DNA of 64,000 bases from NCBI GenBank assembly GCA_045123695.1, contig JBGVKJ010000019.1, positions 204,805 to 268,804 of the forward strand. Reading direction: 5' to 3'. The translations under genes and the position numbers were made by a program. The stretch comes from Acutalibacteraceae bacterium (GTDB lineage Bacteria; Bacillota; Clostridia; Oscillospirales; Acutalibacteraceae). Of the stretch, positions 1 through 9,592 are shown piece after piece. Under the pieces are notes generated by a model, which worked only from the letters and a program-made list of their open reading frames with translations, had not been told where the DNA came from and did no database searches. Within the stretch, counting starts at the first letter, position 1, and each line of letters opens with the position of its first letter.

Positions 1-363
1 CTGAAGCTTAACACCTGTTTCTTTTACTGTATCGATAACAGCCTGTACCTTTTCGGGTGTGAGGTCAACGGGCTTTTCGCAGAATACGTGCTTGCCTGCT
101 TTTGCAGCTGCAATAGCGATGTCTGCGTGTGTGTCTGTTGAAGAGCAGACGAGGACAGCATCGATGTCCTTATCTTCAAGCATTTCTACGTAGCTGTCGT
201 AGATTTTTTCAATGCCGAGTTCTTCACAAAGAGCGGGGAGATGCTCCTTGTAAACGTCTGTGATACCGAGAACTTTTGCTGTGGGAACGTTGTAGCAGAT
301 TGACTGTGCGTGAAGCTTGCCTATACGACCTGCACCGATGATGCCGATGTTGAGCTGTTTCAT
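1..363 (-). CDS. Gfo/Idh/MocA-family NAD(P)-dependent oxidoreductase, N-terminal part (3' end lies outside the window)
   Basis: The reverse-strand ATG at 361-363 opens MKQLNIGIIGAGRIGKLHAQS..., a Rossmann GxGxxG N-terminus typical of the family. The frame stays open to the window edge. A GGAGG RBS lies upstream on the minus strand (about 371-375). Confidence 0.7.
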   Translation of the reverse strand, partial: MKQLNIGIIGAGRIGKLHAQSICYNVPTAKVLGITDVYKEHLPALCEELGIEKIYDSYVEMLEDKDIDAVLVCSSTDTHADIAIAAAKAGKHVFCEKPVDLTPEKVQAVIDTVKETGVKLQ

Positions 364-472
364 TTTTATAACCTCCGTTACGGAAAATTTTTTCTATAGA
401 ATTATATCACTTTTATTTGTAAAAATCTATATTTTTACTCCAAAAAAATATAATAAAATCAGTTATTTTTAC

Positions 473-501
473 TTGTAATATACATCAATTTATAGTATAA
501 T
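473..501 (+). promoter_or_regulatory. Sigma-A-type promoter for miaB
   Basis: TTGTAA at 473-478, a 17-nt spacer, then TATAAT at 496-501, in an AT-rich intergenic region. GGAGG at 535-539 precedes the TTG start at 547. Confidence 0.5.
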
Positions 502-546
502 ATAAAAATTAAAATAGGGTTTTATGTCCCTTTTGGAGGTAATTGT

Positions 547-1965
547 TTGTCACTGCAGGATTTGCGTCGTTTTGACGTGCCTTTTGATGATATAAAAAAA
601 CAGCGCGAGTATGCCGCTATGGCAAAATCCGTGCTCGATGCACGAATGGGCGAGGGTGAAAAATTTGCCTACGTTCATACATTCGGCTGTCAGGGTAATG
701 TGTCCGACAGTGAGCGACTCAAAGGCTGGCTTAGTCTGATCGGCTACAGCTTTACCGAGGATATCGAGCGAGCAGACCTTGTGCTTTATAATACCTGTGC
801 AATCCGTGAGCACGCACACGACAGAGTTTTCGGTAACGTCGGTGCGCTTAAGCCGTTGAAAGCTAAAAATCCCGATATGATAATCGTGCTTTGCGGCTGT
901 ATGATGCAGCAGGAGCATGTATGGCAGAAAATAAAAAAGAGTTATCCTTATGTCAATCTTGTTTTCGGCACTCATTCGCATCACCGTCTGCCCGAGCTTC
1001 TTTATAAGGTTCTCCGCGGCGGCAAGCGCGTGTTTGATGTTTTTGATACAGAGGGCTTTATTGCCGAGGGTATGCCCGTCAGCCGTGACGGTACCTTCAA
1101 GGGTTGGCTTCCTATAATGTACGGTTGTAATAATTTCTGCAGCTACTGTATCGTGCCCTATGTCAGAGGCAGAGAACGCAGCCGTCGCAGTGAAGATGTA
1201 CTTGCTGAAGCGCGTGAGCTTATCGCTTCGGGCTGTAAAGATATCACTCTTCTGGGTCAGAATGTTAATTCGTACAATCGCGGCAGTGATGAAATGAGCT
1301 TTGCTCAGCTTCTGCGTGAAATTAATGCAATAGAGGGCGACTTCAGAATCCGTTTTATGACCTCTCATCCGAAGGATTGTACTTTTGAGCTTCTCGATGC
1401 TATGGCAGAGTGCGAAAAAGTAAGCAAGCACCTTCATCTCCCTTGCCAGAGCGGTAATGACCGTGTGCTGGGGGAAATGAACAGAGGTTATACGAGAGAA
1501 AAGTATCTTTCACTTATTGCTTATGCCCGTAAGGTTATGCCGGATATCAGCCTCACAAGTGACATTATCGTCGGCTTCCCCGGTGAAACTTACGAGGAAT
1601 TCTGCGATACTCTTTCACTTATCGAAGAGGTTGGTTTCACTTCGCTTTATACATTTATCTATTCACCCCGTGAGGGCACGAAGGCGGCTTCAATGCCTGA
1701 CCCGGTAAGCCGTGAAGAAAAGGGTAAATGGTTCCGTGAACTTACACTGGCACAGGAGCAGATTGCTTCAAAGCGATGTCAGAAAATGTTAGGTAAAACT
1801 TACCGTGTGCTTGCGGAAGAATATAACGACGGTATGCTTTCAGGCAGAACGGACGGCAGTGTTATGATAGACTTTCCGGGTGATGAATCACTCGTCGGCA
1901 GCTTCTGTCAGGTCAAGGTAACTGCTGCACGCAACTGGATTTTATCCGGTGAAATTTCAAGGTAA
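547..1965 (+). CDS. miaB: tRNA-2-methylthio-N6-dimethylallyladenosine synthase (radical SAM methylthiotransferase)
   Basis: 472-aa ORF. It has the N-terminal UPF0004 Cys triad (FGCQGN..., NTCAIRE), the radical-SAM motif CNNFCSYCIVPYVRG and a C-terminal TRAM-like region. Confidence 0.93.
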   Translation: MSLQDLRRFDVPFDDIKKQREYAAMAKSVLDARMGEGEKFAYVHTFGCQGNVSDSERLKGWLSLIGYSFTEDIERADLVLYNTCAIREHAHDRVFGNVGALKPLKAKNPDMIIVLCGCMMQQEHVWQKIKKSYPYVNLVFGTHSHHRLPELLYKVLRGGKRVFDVFDTEGFIAEGMPVSRDGTFKGWLPIMYGCNNFCSYCIVPYVRGRERSRRSEDVLAEARELIASGCKDITLLGQNVNSYNRGSDEMSFAQLLREINAIEGDFRIRFMTSHPKDCTFELLDAMAECEKVSKHLHLPCQSGNDRVLGEMNRGYTREKYLSLIAYARKVMPDISLTSDIIVGFPGETYEEFCDTLSLIEEVGFTSLYTFIYSPREGTKAASMPDPVSREEKGKWFRELTLAQEQIASKRCQKMLGKTYRVLAEEYNDGMLSGRTDGSVMIDFPGDESLVGSFCQVKVTAARNWILSGEISR

Positions 1966-2023
1966 AAACCCACAGTCAGGGATTTTATAAATAATCAATT
2001 TTTCAAGTTTAGGAGAAGAAAAA

Positions 2024-2437
2024 ATGGACATTATCAAACTCACAAGAGAACTCGGCAAGGCAATCCAGGCAGACGAAAGATATGCCAAGTTTGTTGCCGC
2101 AAGAGAAGTTAACGAGAAGGATGACGAGCTCAACGAGCTTATCGGCAGAATGCAGCTTACACACATGAGCTACCAGCACGAAGCTTCCAAAGAGGATGCT
2201 AACGAGCAGAAGCTTACAGCATACGAAGAGGAATTTATGGGCCTTCGTGAGAAGATTCTCAACAACCAGAACATGATTAACTACGAGAAGGCAAGAATGG
2301 ATATCGATGAGATGATGAACTACATCGTAGCTATCCTCACAGAGTGCATCAAGGGTGAAGAACCCGAAACATGTGAGCCTCCTCAGGAGCACAGCTGCGG
2401 CGGCAACTGCTCATCCTGCAACAGCGACTGCCATTAA
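2024..2437 (+). CDS. YlbF/YmcA-family regulator-like protein with a Cys-rich C-terminal tail
   Basis: 137-aa helical protein (LTRELGKAIQADERYAKFVAAREV...) typical of UPF0342/YlbF. The RBS AGGAGAAG lies upstream. The tail is CEPPQEHSCGGNCSSCNSDCH. Confidence 0.65.
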   Translation: MDIIKLTRELGKAIQADERYAKFVAAREVNEKDDELNELIGRMQLTHMSYQHEASKEDANEQKLTAYEEEFMGLREKILNNQNMINYEKARMDIDEMMNYIVAILTECIKGEEPETCEPPQEHSCGGNCSSCNSDCH

Positions 2438-2502
2438 TTGTTGATCCCTTTATCGGATTTAAGTGTATGTGCCTTGCCGTTGCTTTCTTTGCATATTTTC
2501 GC

Positions 2503-2543
2503 CGTAATGCTCGGTAATACACAAAGTATTACCTGTGCTTACG
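2503..2543. repeat. Palindromic intergenic element, same family as 40153-40341 and 46501-46560
   Basis: Two-tier hairpin CGTAATGC-TC-GGTAATAC-ACAAA-GTATTACC-TGT-GCTTACG. The flanks (CTCG..AATAC..GTATT..CC..TGT..ACG.CTT.AAT) align with the 40153 repeat unit. Confidence 0.4.
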
Positions 2544-2676
2544 TCTTCAATCTGCTTTGAAATCAATCAGCAAATCACACACACCAATCCGAACAGGAAT
2601 CAAAAAGCTTGGAATAAACTTTATTCCGGAATTGAATTTGTTCTATCAGACTACTACTTTTTGCGGAGGCGTGCAA

Positions 2677-5295
2677 ATGGCTGAATTATCACCGATGATG
2701 AGGCAATATCTCGAAATCAAGAAGAATTATGAGGATACTATCCTTATGTTCCGTCTCGGAGATTTTTACGAGATGTTTTTTGAGGATGCCAAAACTGTTT
2801 CAAGAGAGCTGGAGCTTGTCCTTACTGGGCGTGACTGCGGCCTTGAGGAGCGTGCACCTATGTGCGGTGTACCTTTTCACAGTGTCGATTCATACCTTGC
2901 ACGTCTTATTGCAAAGGGTTACAAGGTCGCTATCTGCGAGCAGATGGAGGATCCGTCAACAGCCAAGGGTATCGTTCGCCGTGATGTTGTGCGTATCGTT
3001 ACCCCGGGTACTGTTATCGAGAGCAATATGCTCGATGAAACACAGAACAATTTCCTTTGCAGCATCTTCTTCCGTGACGGTGCAGCAGGTGTCTGCTTTG
3101 CCGATGTTTCAACCGGCGCAATGCACCTGACCGATATCGACGGCAAAATGTGCGAAAACAAAATCATCAATGAGCTTGCACGCTTTATGCCAAGCGAAAT
3201 TATTTTCAACCGTGAAGCATCATCGCTTAAAGCTGTCAAGGCTTTTATTAACGATAAATGCTCTGCACTTGTTGAAACATTCGAGGAAGATTACTGTCTG
3301 CTCAACGAAGCAAGTGCGGCAATCTGCTCACAGTTCGGCTGCAATATCCCTGATGATGTTGCACACGGTATCAGTGCACAGAGTATTATGAGTGCAGGTA
3401 TCTGCCTCAAGTATCTTCGCGAAGTTCAGCGTACCGAGCTTTCAAATATCCGTTCTCTTGATTATTACAGCGAGAGCGGCTTTATGAAGCTTGACCTTGC
3501 GGCAAGACGCAGCCTTGAGCTTACGCGTACAATGCGTTCAAACGATAAACGCGGTTCACTTCTCTGGACTTTGGACAAGACCTGTACCGCTATGGGTAAG
3601 CGTGAAATCAGAGAATGGCTCGACAGACCGCTTACAAACCCTGCAAAGATTATCGGCAGGCACAATGCTGTCGATGAACTGACTCAGGATGCTATGCTCT
3701 GCGGTAATATTGCCGCATCACTTTCGGGTATCAACGATATTGAGCGTCTTATTACCCGTATTTCTTACGGTACGGCAAATGCAAAGGAGCTTCGTGCTCT
3801 GAGTGCCGCTATCGACAGACTGCCTGACGTAAAGGCAAATATTTCAGGGTGTCGCAGTGCACTGCTCACCGAAATCCGTACAAGCATTGATACGCTTGAC
3901 GATATTTCTTCGCTTATCAATACCGCTATTGTCGATGAGCCTCCCTTTACCGTGCGTGAAGGCGGAATGGTCAGAGACGGCTTCAATGCCGAGCTTGACG
4001 AGCTTCGTGCGATTGTCAACGACGGTAAGGGCTTCCTTGCAAATATTCAGCAGCGTGAGCAGGACAGAACAGGCATCAAAAAACTTAAAATAGGCTATAA
4101 CCGAGTATTCGGCTACTATATAGAGGTTTCAAACTCTTTCAAGGAGCTTGTACCCGAAGATTACATCCGCAAGCAGACTCTTGCCAACTGCGAGCGTTAC
4201 ATAACGCAGGAGCTCAAGGAGCTCGAGGCAAAGGTGCTCGGCGCACAGGGCAGAATAGTCCAGCTCGAGTACGAAATTTTCTCTCAGGTGCGTAATAAAA
4301 CAGCCGCACAGCTCGGCAGAATCCAGCGTACGGCAAATGCTGTTGCAAGGCTTGATGTCCTGCGTTCATTTGCAGCTTCCGCACTTGAAAACGGCTATGT
4401 AAGACCCGAAATAACAGATTCTTCAACTCTCAAAATTACCGATGGCAGACATCCCGTTGTCGAAAAAATGCTTGGCGGTATGCCTTTTGTGCCTAACGAT
4501 ACCGAGCTTGACTGCGAGGGCAACAGATGTGCCATTATCACAGGTCCCAATATGGCAGGTAAATCGACATATATGCGTCAGATTGCCATTATAGTTATTA
4601 TGGCTCAGGCAGGCTCATTCGTGCCTGCACGCAGTGCTGTTATCCCGATTGTTGACAGCGTGTTTACCCGTGTCGGTGCTTCCGACGACCTTTCGGGCGG
4701 TCAGTCAACATTTATGGTTGAAATGAGTGAGGTTGCTTCAATTCTCAAAAACGCAACTTCCAAGAGCCTTATTATCTTTGATGAGATAGGCAGAGGCACT
4801 TCTACTTACGACGGTATGAGTATCGCGCGTGCCGTGCTCGAGTATGCCGCCGATAAGAAAAAGCTCGGTGCAAAAACTCTTTTTGCAACCCATTATCACG
4901 AGCTTACCGAGCTCGAAAATACGGTTGACGGCGTTAAAAATTACAATATCTCCGTCAAGAAACGCGGCGACGATATCACTTTCCTTCGCCGTATTGTCAG
5001 AGGCTGTGCGGACGGCAGCTACGGTATCGATGTTGCCAAGCTCGCAGGTGTGCCTGACAGTGTTGTCAAGCGTGCCCGTCAGGTGCTCAGTCAGCTTGAA
5101 TCCGACGAGCCGAGGTCTGCCTCTGCTCCCAACTATTTCAGCTCTGTTGACGATAACGATATGCAGCTTTCCTTTGCTTCAAATGCAGGCAGTGAGATTG
5201 TCGATGAGCTGAAAACCCTTGATATAAATACACTCACACCGATTGAAGCTATGAGTGTCCTCTACAAATTTGTACAGAAAGCAAAAGAAACTTAA
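2677..5295 (+). CDS. mutS: DNA mismatch repair protein MutS
   Basis: N-terminus MAELSPMMRQYLEIKK, Walker A GPNMAGKST, and STFMVEM/DEIGRGTSTYDG motifs. GGAGG at 2665-2669 lies 7 nt before the ATG at 2677, so the ORF-track start at 2557 is an upstream extension. Confidence 0.97.
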   Translation: MAELSPMMRQYLEIKKNYEDTILMFRLGDFYEMFFEDAKTVSRELELVLTGRDCGLEERAPMCGVPFHSVDSYLARLIAKGYKVAICEQMEDPSTAKGIVRRDVVRIVTPGTVIESNMLDETQNNFLCSIFFRDGAAGVCFADVSTGAMHLTDIDGKMCENKIINELARFMPSEIIFNREASSLKAVKAFINDKCSALVETFEEDYCLLNEASAAICSQFGCNIPDDVAHGISAQSIMSAGICLKYLREVQRTELSNIRSLDYYSESGFMKLDLAARRSLELTRTMRSNDKRGSLLWTLDKTCTAMGKREIREWLDRPLTNPAKIIGRHNAVDELTQDAMLCGNIAASLSGINDIERLITRISYGTANAKELRALSAAIDRLPDVKANISGCRSALLTEIRTSIDTLDDISSLINTAIVDEPPFTVREGGMVRDGFNAELDELRAIVNDGKGFLANIQQREQDRTGIKKLKIGYNRVFGYYIEVSNSFKELVPEDYIRKQTLANCERYITQELKELEAKVLGAQGRIVQLEYEIFSQVRNKTAAQLGRIQRTANAVARLDVLRSFAASALENGYVRPEITDSSTLKITDGRHPVVEKMLGGMPFVPNDTELDCEGNRCAIITGPNMAGKSTYMRQIAIIVIMAQAGSFVPARSAVIPIVDSVFTRVGASDDLSGGQSTFMVEMSEVASILKNATSKSLIIFDEIGRGTSTYDGMSIARAVLEYAADKKKLGAKTLFATHYHELTELENTVDGVKNYNISVKKRGDDITFLRRIVRGCADGSYGIDVAKLAGVPDSVVKRARQVLSQLESDEPRSASAPNYFSSVDDNDMQLSFASNAGSEIVDELKTLDINTLTPIEAMSVLYKFVQKAKET

Positions 5296-5314
5296 ATGAA
5301 AAGCGGTGAAGTCA

Positions 5315-7282
5315 ATGCCTAAAATTAATGTGTTGCCAAGAGAAATATATGAACTTATAGCGGCAGGTGAGGTTGTCGAAAGACCTTCTTCTGCTGTTAA
5401 AGAGTTGCTCGAAAACTCTGTTGACGCAGGGGCTGACTCCATTACGCTCGAAATAAAAGCAGGTGGAATCAAATATATCCGTATTACCGATAACGGTTGC
5501 GGTATCGCCCGTGAAGATGTGCGTAACGCTTTTACGGGTCATGCTACGAGTAAAATTACAGTGTCGGATGACCTCGACTGTGTTGCTACTCTCGGCTTCC
5601 GCGGCGAAGCTCTTGCTTCTATTGCAGCTGTCAGCCGTGTTGAAATGTTTACTCGTACTGCAGATGAGGAAACGGGCACTAACGCAGTAGTTGAGGGCGG
5701 TCAGTTTATCAGTATTGACGATGCAGGCTGTCCCGTCGGCACAACTATTGTAGTGCGTGATATTTTCTACAATGTGCCTGCACGAATGAAATTCCTCAAA
5801 AAAGATGTTACCGAGGCAAACTCTGTTGCCGCTGTAGCTGACAGACTTGCTGTTTCTCATCCCGAAATAGCTGTACGCTTTATCCGCGACGGTAAGCAGA
5901 CCCTCTGCTCATCGGGTGACGGTAAGCTCATAAGTGCTGTCTACGCTGTTTACGGCAAGGATTTTGCTGACAGCCTTATTCCCGTCAGCGGCTCAAACTC
6001 TACCGTCAGGGTGGATGGTTATGTTTCAAAGCCGCTTAATGCCAGAGCTAACCGCAATATGCAGCTCTTCTATGTAAACGGCAGAATGGTACGCACCAAA
6101 ACTGCTTGTGCCGCGCTTGAAGAAGCCTTCAAAGGCTCTGTTATGGTCGGCAAATTTCCGTCCTGCGTGCTTAACCTTACAATGCCTTATAATTTCGTTG
6201 ATGTAAATGTTCACCCTGCAAAGACAGAGGTGCGTTTTGCCAATGAAAAAGAGGTTTTCTCCGCAGTCTATTATGCAGTAAAATCCGCACTTGAGCAGGG
6301 CGACAAAACACCCACTCAGGATGCTTCAAAAATTATAAATCAGCGTGTTCAAAAGCAGCTTTTCGCCGCAGTTGAGCCTGCTAAACAGTTACGCTTTCAG
6401 CAGGGCGTATCCGTTGCTCCTCAACCCGAAAAAACATTTGTAAAAAATGTTTCTTATATACCTGCACAAGAGCAGACTTCATCGAAGCCTGTTGCCGAAG
6501 AGAATGTTTTTCAAAAGTCAGCTCCCGTTATTTACGAAGAGCCTGCTCCGCGCACTGTTGTAGTTGAGTCTGTTTCAGATGATTACAGTGCTGTTGACGA
6601 GTCAGAGCCTGACCTTCTCGGGGGATATACTCCCTCTGTCAAACCTCAACCTGTTGAAGTTAAGGTTGAAGTATCGCAGACGGCTCCCGAAATTGTAATA
6701 ACAGAGGAAGAAAAGCCGCAGGTAAGAGCTGTAGGTGAGCTTTTCTCTACCTATATTCTTGTCGAATACGGTAACGAGCTGTTGCTTATTGATAAGCACG
6801 CCGCACACGAGCGCATCATATATGAACAGCTCAAAGCACAGAATAAAAATATCCCGTCACAGATGCTTCTTAGCCCGATTCCCGTGCACCTCAGCCGTGA
6901 GGAATATGCCGCGGTTATAGCTGATATAGACCTGCTTGCCGATTCGGGCTTTGCTGTTGAGGATTTCGGTGACGGTACGGTAATTGTAAGCGAGTATCCC
7001 GTTATTCTTGAGGGTGCGGATATTGCGGCACAGCTTACGGAAATCGCAGGCTACCTTGCCGAAAATATGCGCGATGTAACTACCGAAAAGCTCGATTGGA
7101 TATTCCACTCAGCTGCTTGCCGTGCCGCCGTCAAAGCGGGCGACCTTACAACCGATTATGAACTTCAGCAGTTTGCTGAGCGTGTGCTTTCGATGCCCGA
7201 TATCCGCTACTGTCCGCATGGCAGACCTGTGCTTGCAGGTTTCACAAGGCGTGATATAGAGCGCCTTTTCGGCAGAGTCTGA
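5315..7282 (+). CDS. mutL: DNA mismatch repair protein MutL
   Basis: GHKL ATPase N-terminus (IAAGEVVERPSSAVKELLENSVDAG, DNGCGI), FLKK motif, and C-terminal dimerisation domain (DKHAAHERI). The start could also be the GTG at 5306. Confidence 0.95.
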   Translation: MPKINVLPREIYELIAAGEVVERPSSAVKELLENSVDAGADSITLEIKAGGIKYIRITDNGCGIAREDVRNAFTGHATSKITVSDDLDCVATLGFRGEALASIAAVSRVEMFTRTADEETGTNAVVEGGQFISIDDAGCPVGTTIVVRDIFYNVPARMKFLKKDVTEANSVAAVADRLAVSHPEIAVRFIRDGKQTLCSSGDGKLISAVYAVYGKDFADSLIPVSGSNSTVRVDGYVSKPLNARANRNMQLFYVNGRMVRTKTACAALEEAFKGSVMVGKFPSCVLNLTMPYNFVDVNVHPAKTEVRFANEKEVFSAVYYAVKSALEQGDKTPTQDASKIINQRVQKQLFAAVEPAKQLRFQQGVSVAPQPEKTFVKNVSYIPAQEQTSSKPVAEENVFQKSAPVIYEEPAPRTVVVESVSDDYSAVDESEPDLLGGYTPSVKPQPVEVKVEVSQTAPEIVITEEEKPQVRAVGELFSTYILVEYGNELLLIDKHAAHERIIYEQLKAQNKNIPSQMLLSPIPVHLSREEYAAVIADIDLLADSGFAVEDFGDGTVIVSEYPVILEGADIAAQLTEIAGYLAENMRDVTTEKLDWIFHSAACRAAVKAGDLTTDYELQQFAERVLSMPDIRYCPHGRPVLAGFTRRDIERLFGRV

Positions 7283-7290
7283 GGTGCGTT

Positions 7291-8250
7291 ATGAGTAATA
7301 AAATTCCGCTTATAGTTGTTGCGGGTCCTACAGCTTCGGGTAAAACTTCACTCGGTGTTGAGCTTGCCAAAAGGCTTGACGGTGAGGTTGTTTCAGCCGA
7401 TTCAATGCAGATTTATCAAGGTATGGATGTTGCTTCGGCAATGCCGACTGAGGATGAAATGCAGGGTATACCGCACCATATGATTAAATTTCTGCCGCAG
7501 GGTGAGCGTTACAGTGTGGCCGCTTACTGTCAGGCGGCAAATGCCTGTATTGCCGATATTGTTTCACGCGGCAAACAGCCGATTCTTGTCGGCGGCACAG
7601 GCCTTTATATAAATTCACTTGTTGATAACATAAGCTTTACCGAGGAAGAAACTGACCTTGAGCTTCGTTCAAAGCTTAATAAAAGGCTTGAAGAAGAGGG
7701 GGCAGAGGTTCTTCTTCAAGAGCTTGCGTCCGTAGACCCCGAGTCTGCCGCAAGGCTTCATATCAACGATTCAAAGCGTATTGTGCGTGCACTCGAGCTT
7801 TATTATCAGACGGGTGTCACTATTACAGAGCAAACAAAACTTTCGCGTCAGGGCGGTTCACCTTATAATCCTCTGATTATAGGTCTCAATGCCCGTGACA
7901 GAGAGTTTCTTTATGAGCGTATCAACCTCCGTGTCGGTATAATGGCGCAAAACGGTCTTGTTGAAGAGGCAAAGCTTTGCATTGGTTCCGAGAAAGGTAC
8001 AGCCGCTCAGGCAATAGGGCATAAAGAGCTTATGCCTTATTTCAGTGGTGAAATGTCGCTTGAAGAAGCACTTGACAATCTGCGTATGCAGACCCGCCGT
8101 TATGCTAAGCGTCAGCTTACGTGGCTTCGACGTGATGAGCGTGTAAACTGGCTTTATATTGATGATTATGCAAGCTTTGACGAGCTTGCAGATGTCGCAT
8201 TTAATTTGTGCGATGATTTTTTAAAGAAAGGGGAGTGTGAATTTGCCTAA
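7291..8250 (+). CDS. miaA: tRNA dimethylallyltransferase
   Basis: P-loop GPTASGKTSLGVELAK, DSMQIYQGMDV and GGTGLY motifs. It sits in the conserved mutS-mutL-miaA order. Confidence 0.95.
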   Translation: MSNKIPLIVVAGPTASGKTSLGVELAKRLDGEVVSADSMQIYQGMDVASAMPTEDEMQGIPHHMIKFLPQGERYSVAAYCQAANACIADIVSRGKQPILVGGTGLYINSLVDNISFTEEETDLELRSKLNKRLEEEGAEVLLQELASVDPESAARLHINDSKRIVRALELYYQTGVTITEQTKLSRQGGSPYNPLIIGLNARDREFLYERINLRVGIMAQNGLVEEAKLCIGSEKGTAAQAIGHKELMPYFSGEMSLEEALDNLRMQTRRYAKRQLTWLRRDERVNWLYIDDYASFDELADVAFNLCDDFLKKGECEFA

Positions 8251-9592
8251 AAAGGTACCTGTATCCCTTAACCCTGACTTTACCGACAGGGTAAAGACGA
8301 ATGCAAGAGGATTTTATAACGATAACAAGTCGTTGATAACACGTGTTGTGTCTACTCTGCTTGCTTTGGTTTTTATTTTCTATATTATCTATCAGGTTTA
8401 CAGCTCAAGTGTCGAAAAAGTTTCGACTTTTACAGCTGTTGAACAAACCGTAAACGAAAGCATTTTCACAAAGGGTTATTTTGTAAGGGACGAAAAGTAT
8501 ATTCAGAATTCCGCCAGCGGTACGGTTGTGCCCGTTGCCGAGGACGGTAAAAAGGTCTCTAACGGTAATACGGTTGCAATTGCATTCGGCAGTGACAGTG
8601 ATGCCGCAAATTATACCCGTATCAATACCCTCAAAGCAGAGATTGAGCGTTACGAGAAGCTTAATGCGGTTTCTCCGTCATCTTCAATTGATATAAAAAC
8701 CGTCGATATGCAGATTAACGATTCTGTTTCAAATGTTGTTGACGGTATAGTATCAGGTGAACTTGATGCACTTCAGGATGGTTATGCACAGTTCAGAGAT
8801 TCGGTTATCAAAAAGCACCTTGTGCTCGGCGAAAAAGTTGATTTCAATAATATCATCAGCGGCCTGCGGGCAGAGCTTGCCGAGCTTGAAGCAAAGCCGA
8901 TTTCTTATAAAGAAATTCTTGCAGACGGCTCAGGGTACTATATAAGTGCGGTTGACGGCTACGAAAGTTTGTGTAACAGCACCGATGTAAAGACAATTAC
9001 TCCTGAAAATGCAGGAAAGCTTTTCGAAGCATCGCCTAAATCAGTGCCGGAAAATGTAATGGGTAAGCTTGTTACTGGATTTGATTGGTATATTGTCTGT
9101 GTTCTCGATGTTAAGCAGATTTCAAATCTCTCCGTAGGCTCGAAATTAACCATAGATTTCCCTTATGCTGCTACAGAAGACCTTAAAGCGGAGGTTGCCG
9201 CCGTCAATGTAAGCGGAGCTAAAAAAGCAGCAGTTGTGCTCAAGTGCAAAACAATGAACGAAGAGCTTGCAAATATGCGCTTTGAGGATGTTGAGCTTGT
9301 TTTCAAAACAATCAAGGGCTATAAGATTCCCGGCAGCGCAGTGCGTGAAGTTAACGGAGTAAAGGGCGTGTACATTCTTCGCGCTTCTCTTGTTAATTTC
9401 AGAGAAATAAATATTGTGCTGACGACGGAAGATTATGTAATCACAGCTGACCCTGTGCCGCCCGATACATCTAATATGACGCCGGAGCAAAAAGAAGAAG
9501 CACTGGCTGCTTTGCCTGAAAATGAGGTTGAGCAGTATGACGAAATAATAGTAAAGGGGAAGGATTTGTATGACGGAAAAACAATCAGTTGA
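8237..9592 (+). CDS. Hypothetical membrane-anchored protein (single N-terminal TM; coiled-coil plus beta-rich region, HlyD-like architecture suspected)
   Basis: 451-aa ORF with a GTG start at 8237 that overlaps the miaA 3' end. TM segment LLALVFIFYIIYQVY, and a central coiled-coil (LKAEIERYEKL..., RAELAELEAK). The family assignment is not verified. Confidence 0.4.
   Translation: MNLPKKVPVSLNPDFTDRVKTNARGFYNDNKSLITRVVSTLLALVFIFYIIYQVYSSSVEKVSTFTAVEQTVNESIFTKGYFVRDEKYIQNSASGTVVPVAEDGKKVSNGNTVAIAFGSDSDAANYTRINTLKAEIERYEKLNAVSPSSSIDIKTVDMQINDSVSNVVDGIVSGELDALQDGYAQFRDSVIKKHLVLGEKVDFNNIISGLRAELAELEAKPISYKEILADGSGYYISAVDGYESLCNSTDVKTITPENAGKLFEASPKSVPENVMGKLVTGFDWYIVCVLDVKQISNLSVGSKLTIDFPYAATEDLKAEVAAVNVSGAKKAAVVLKCKTMNEELANMRFEDVELVFKTIKGYKIPGSAVREVNGVKGVYILRASLVNFREINIVLTTEDYVITADPVPPDTSNMTPEQKEEALAALPENEVEQYDEIIVKGKDLYDGKTIS

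Noticed and set aside
550-1437. 295-aa ORF antisense to miaB
   Set aside because: It lies entirely inside a confidently identified gene on the opposite strand. It has no RBS and a low-complexity, odd composition, so it is a typical shadow ORF.
2557-2676. 40-codon N-terminal extension of the mutS ORF
   Set aside because: It has no RBS at 2557 and runs through the repeat-containing intergenic region. The canonical MutS N-terminus (MAELSPMMRQY) with GGAGG upstream begins at 2677.
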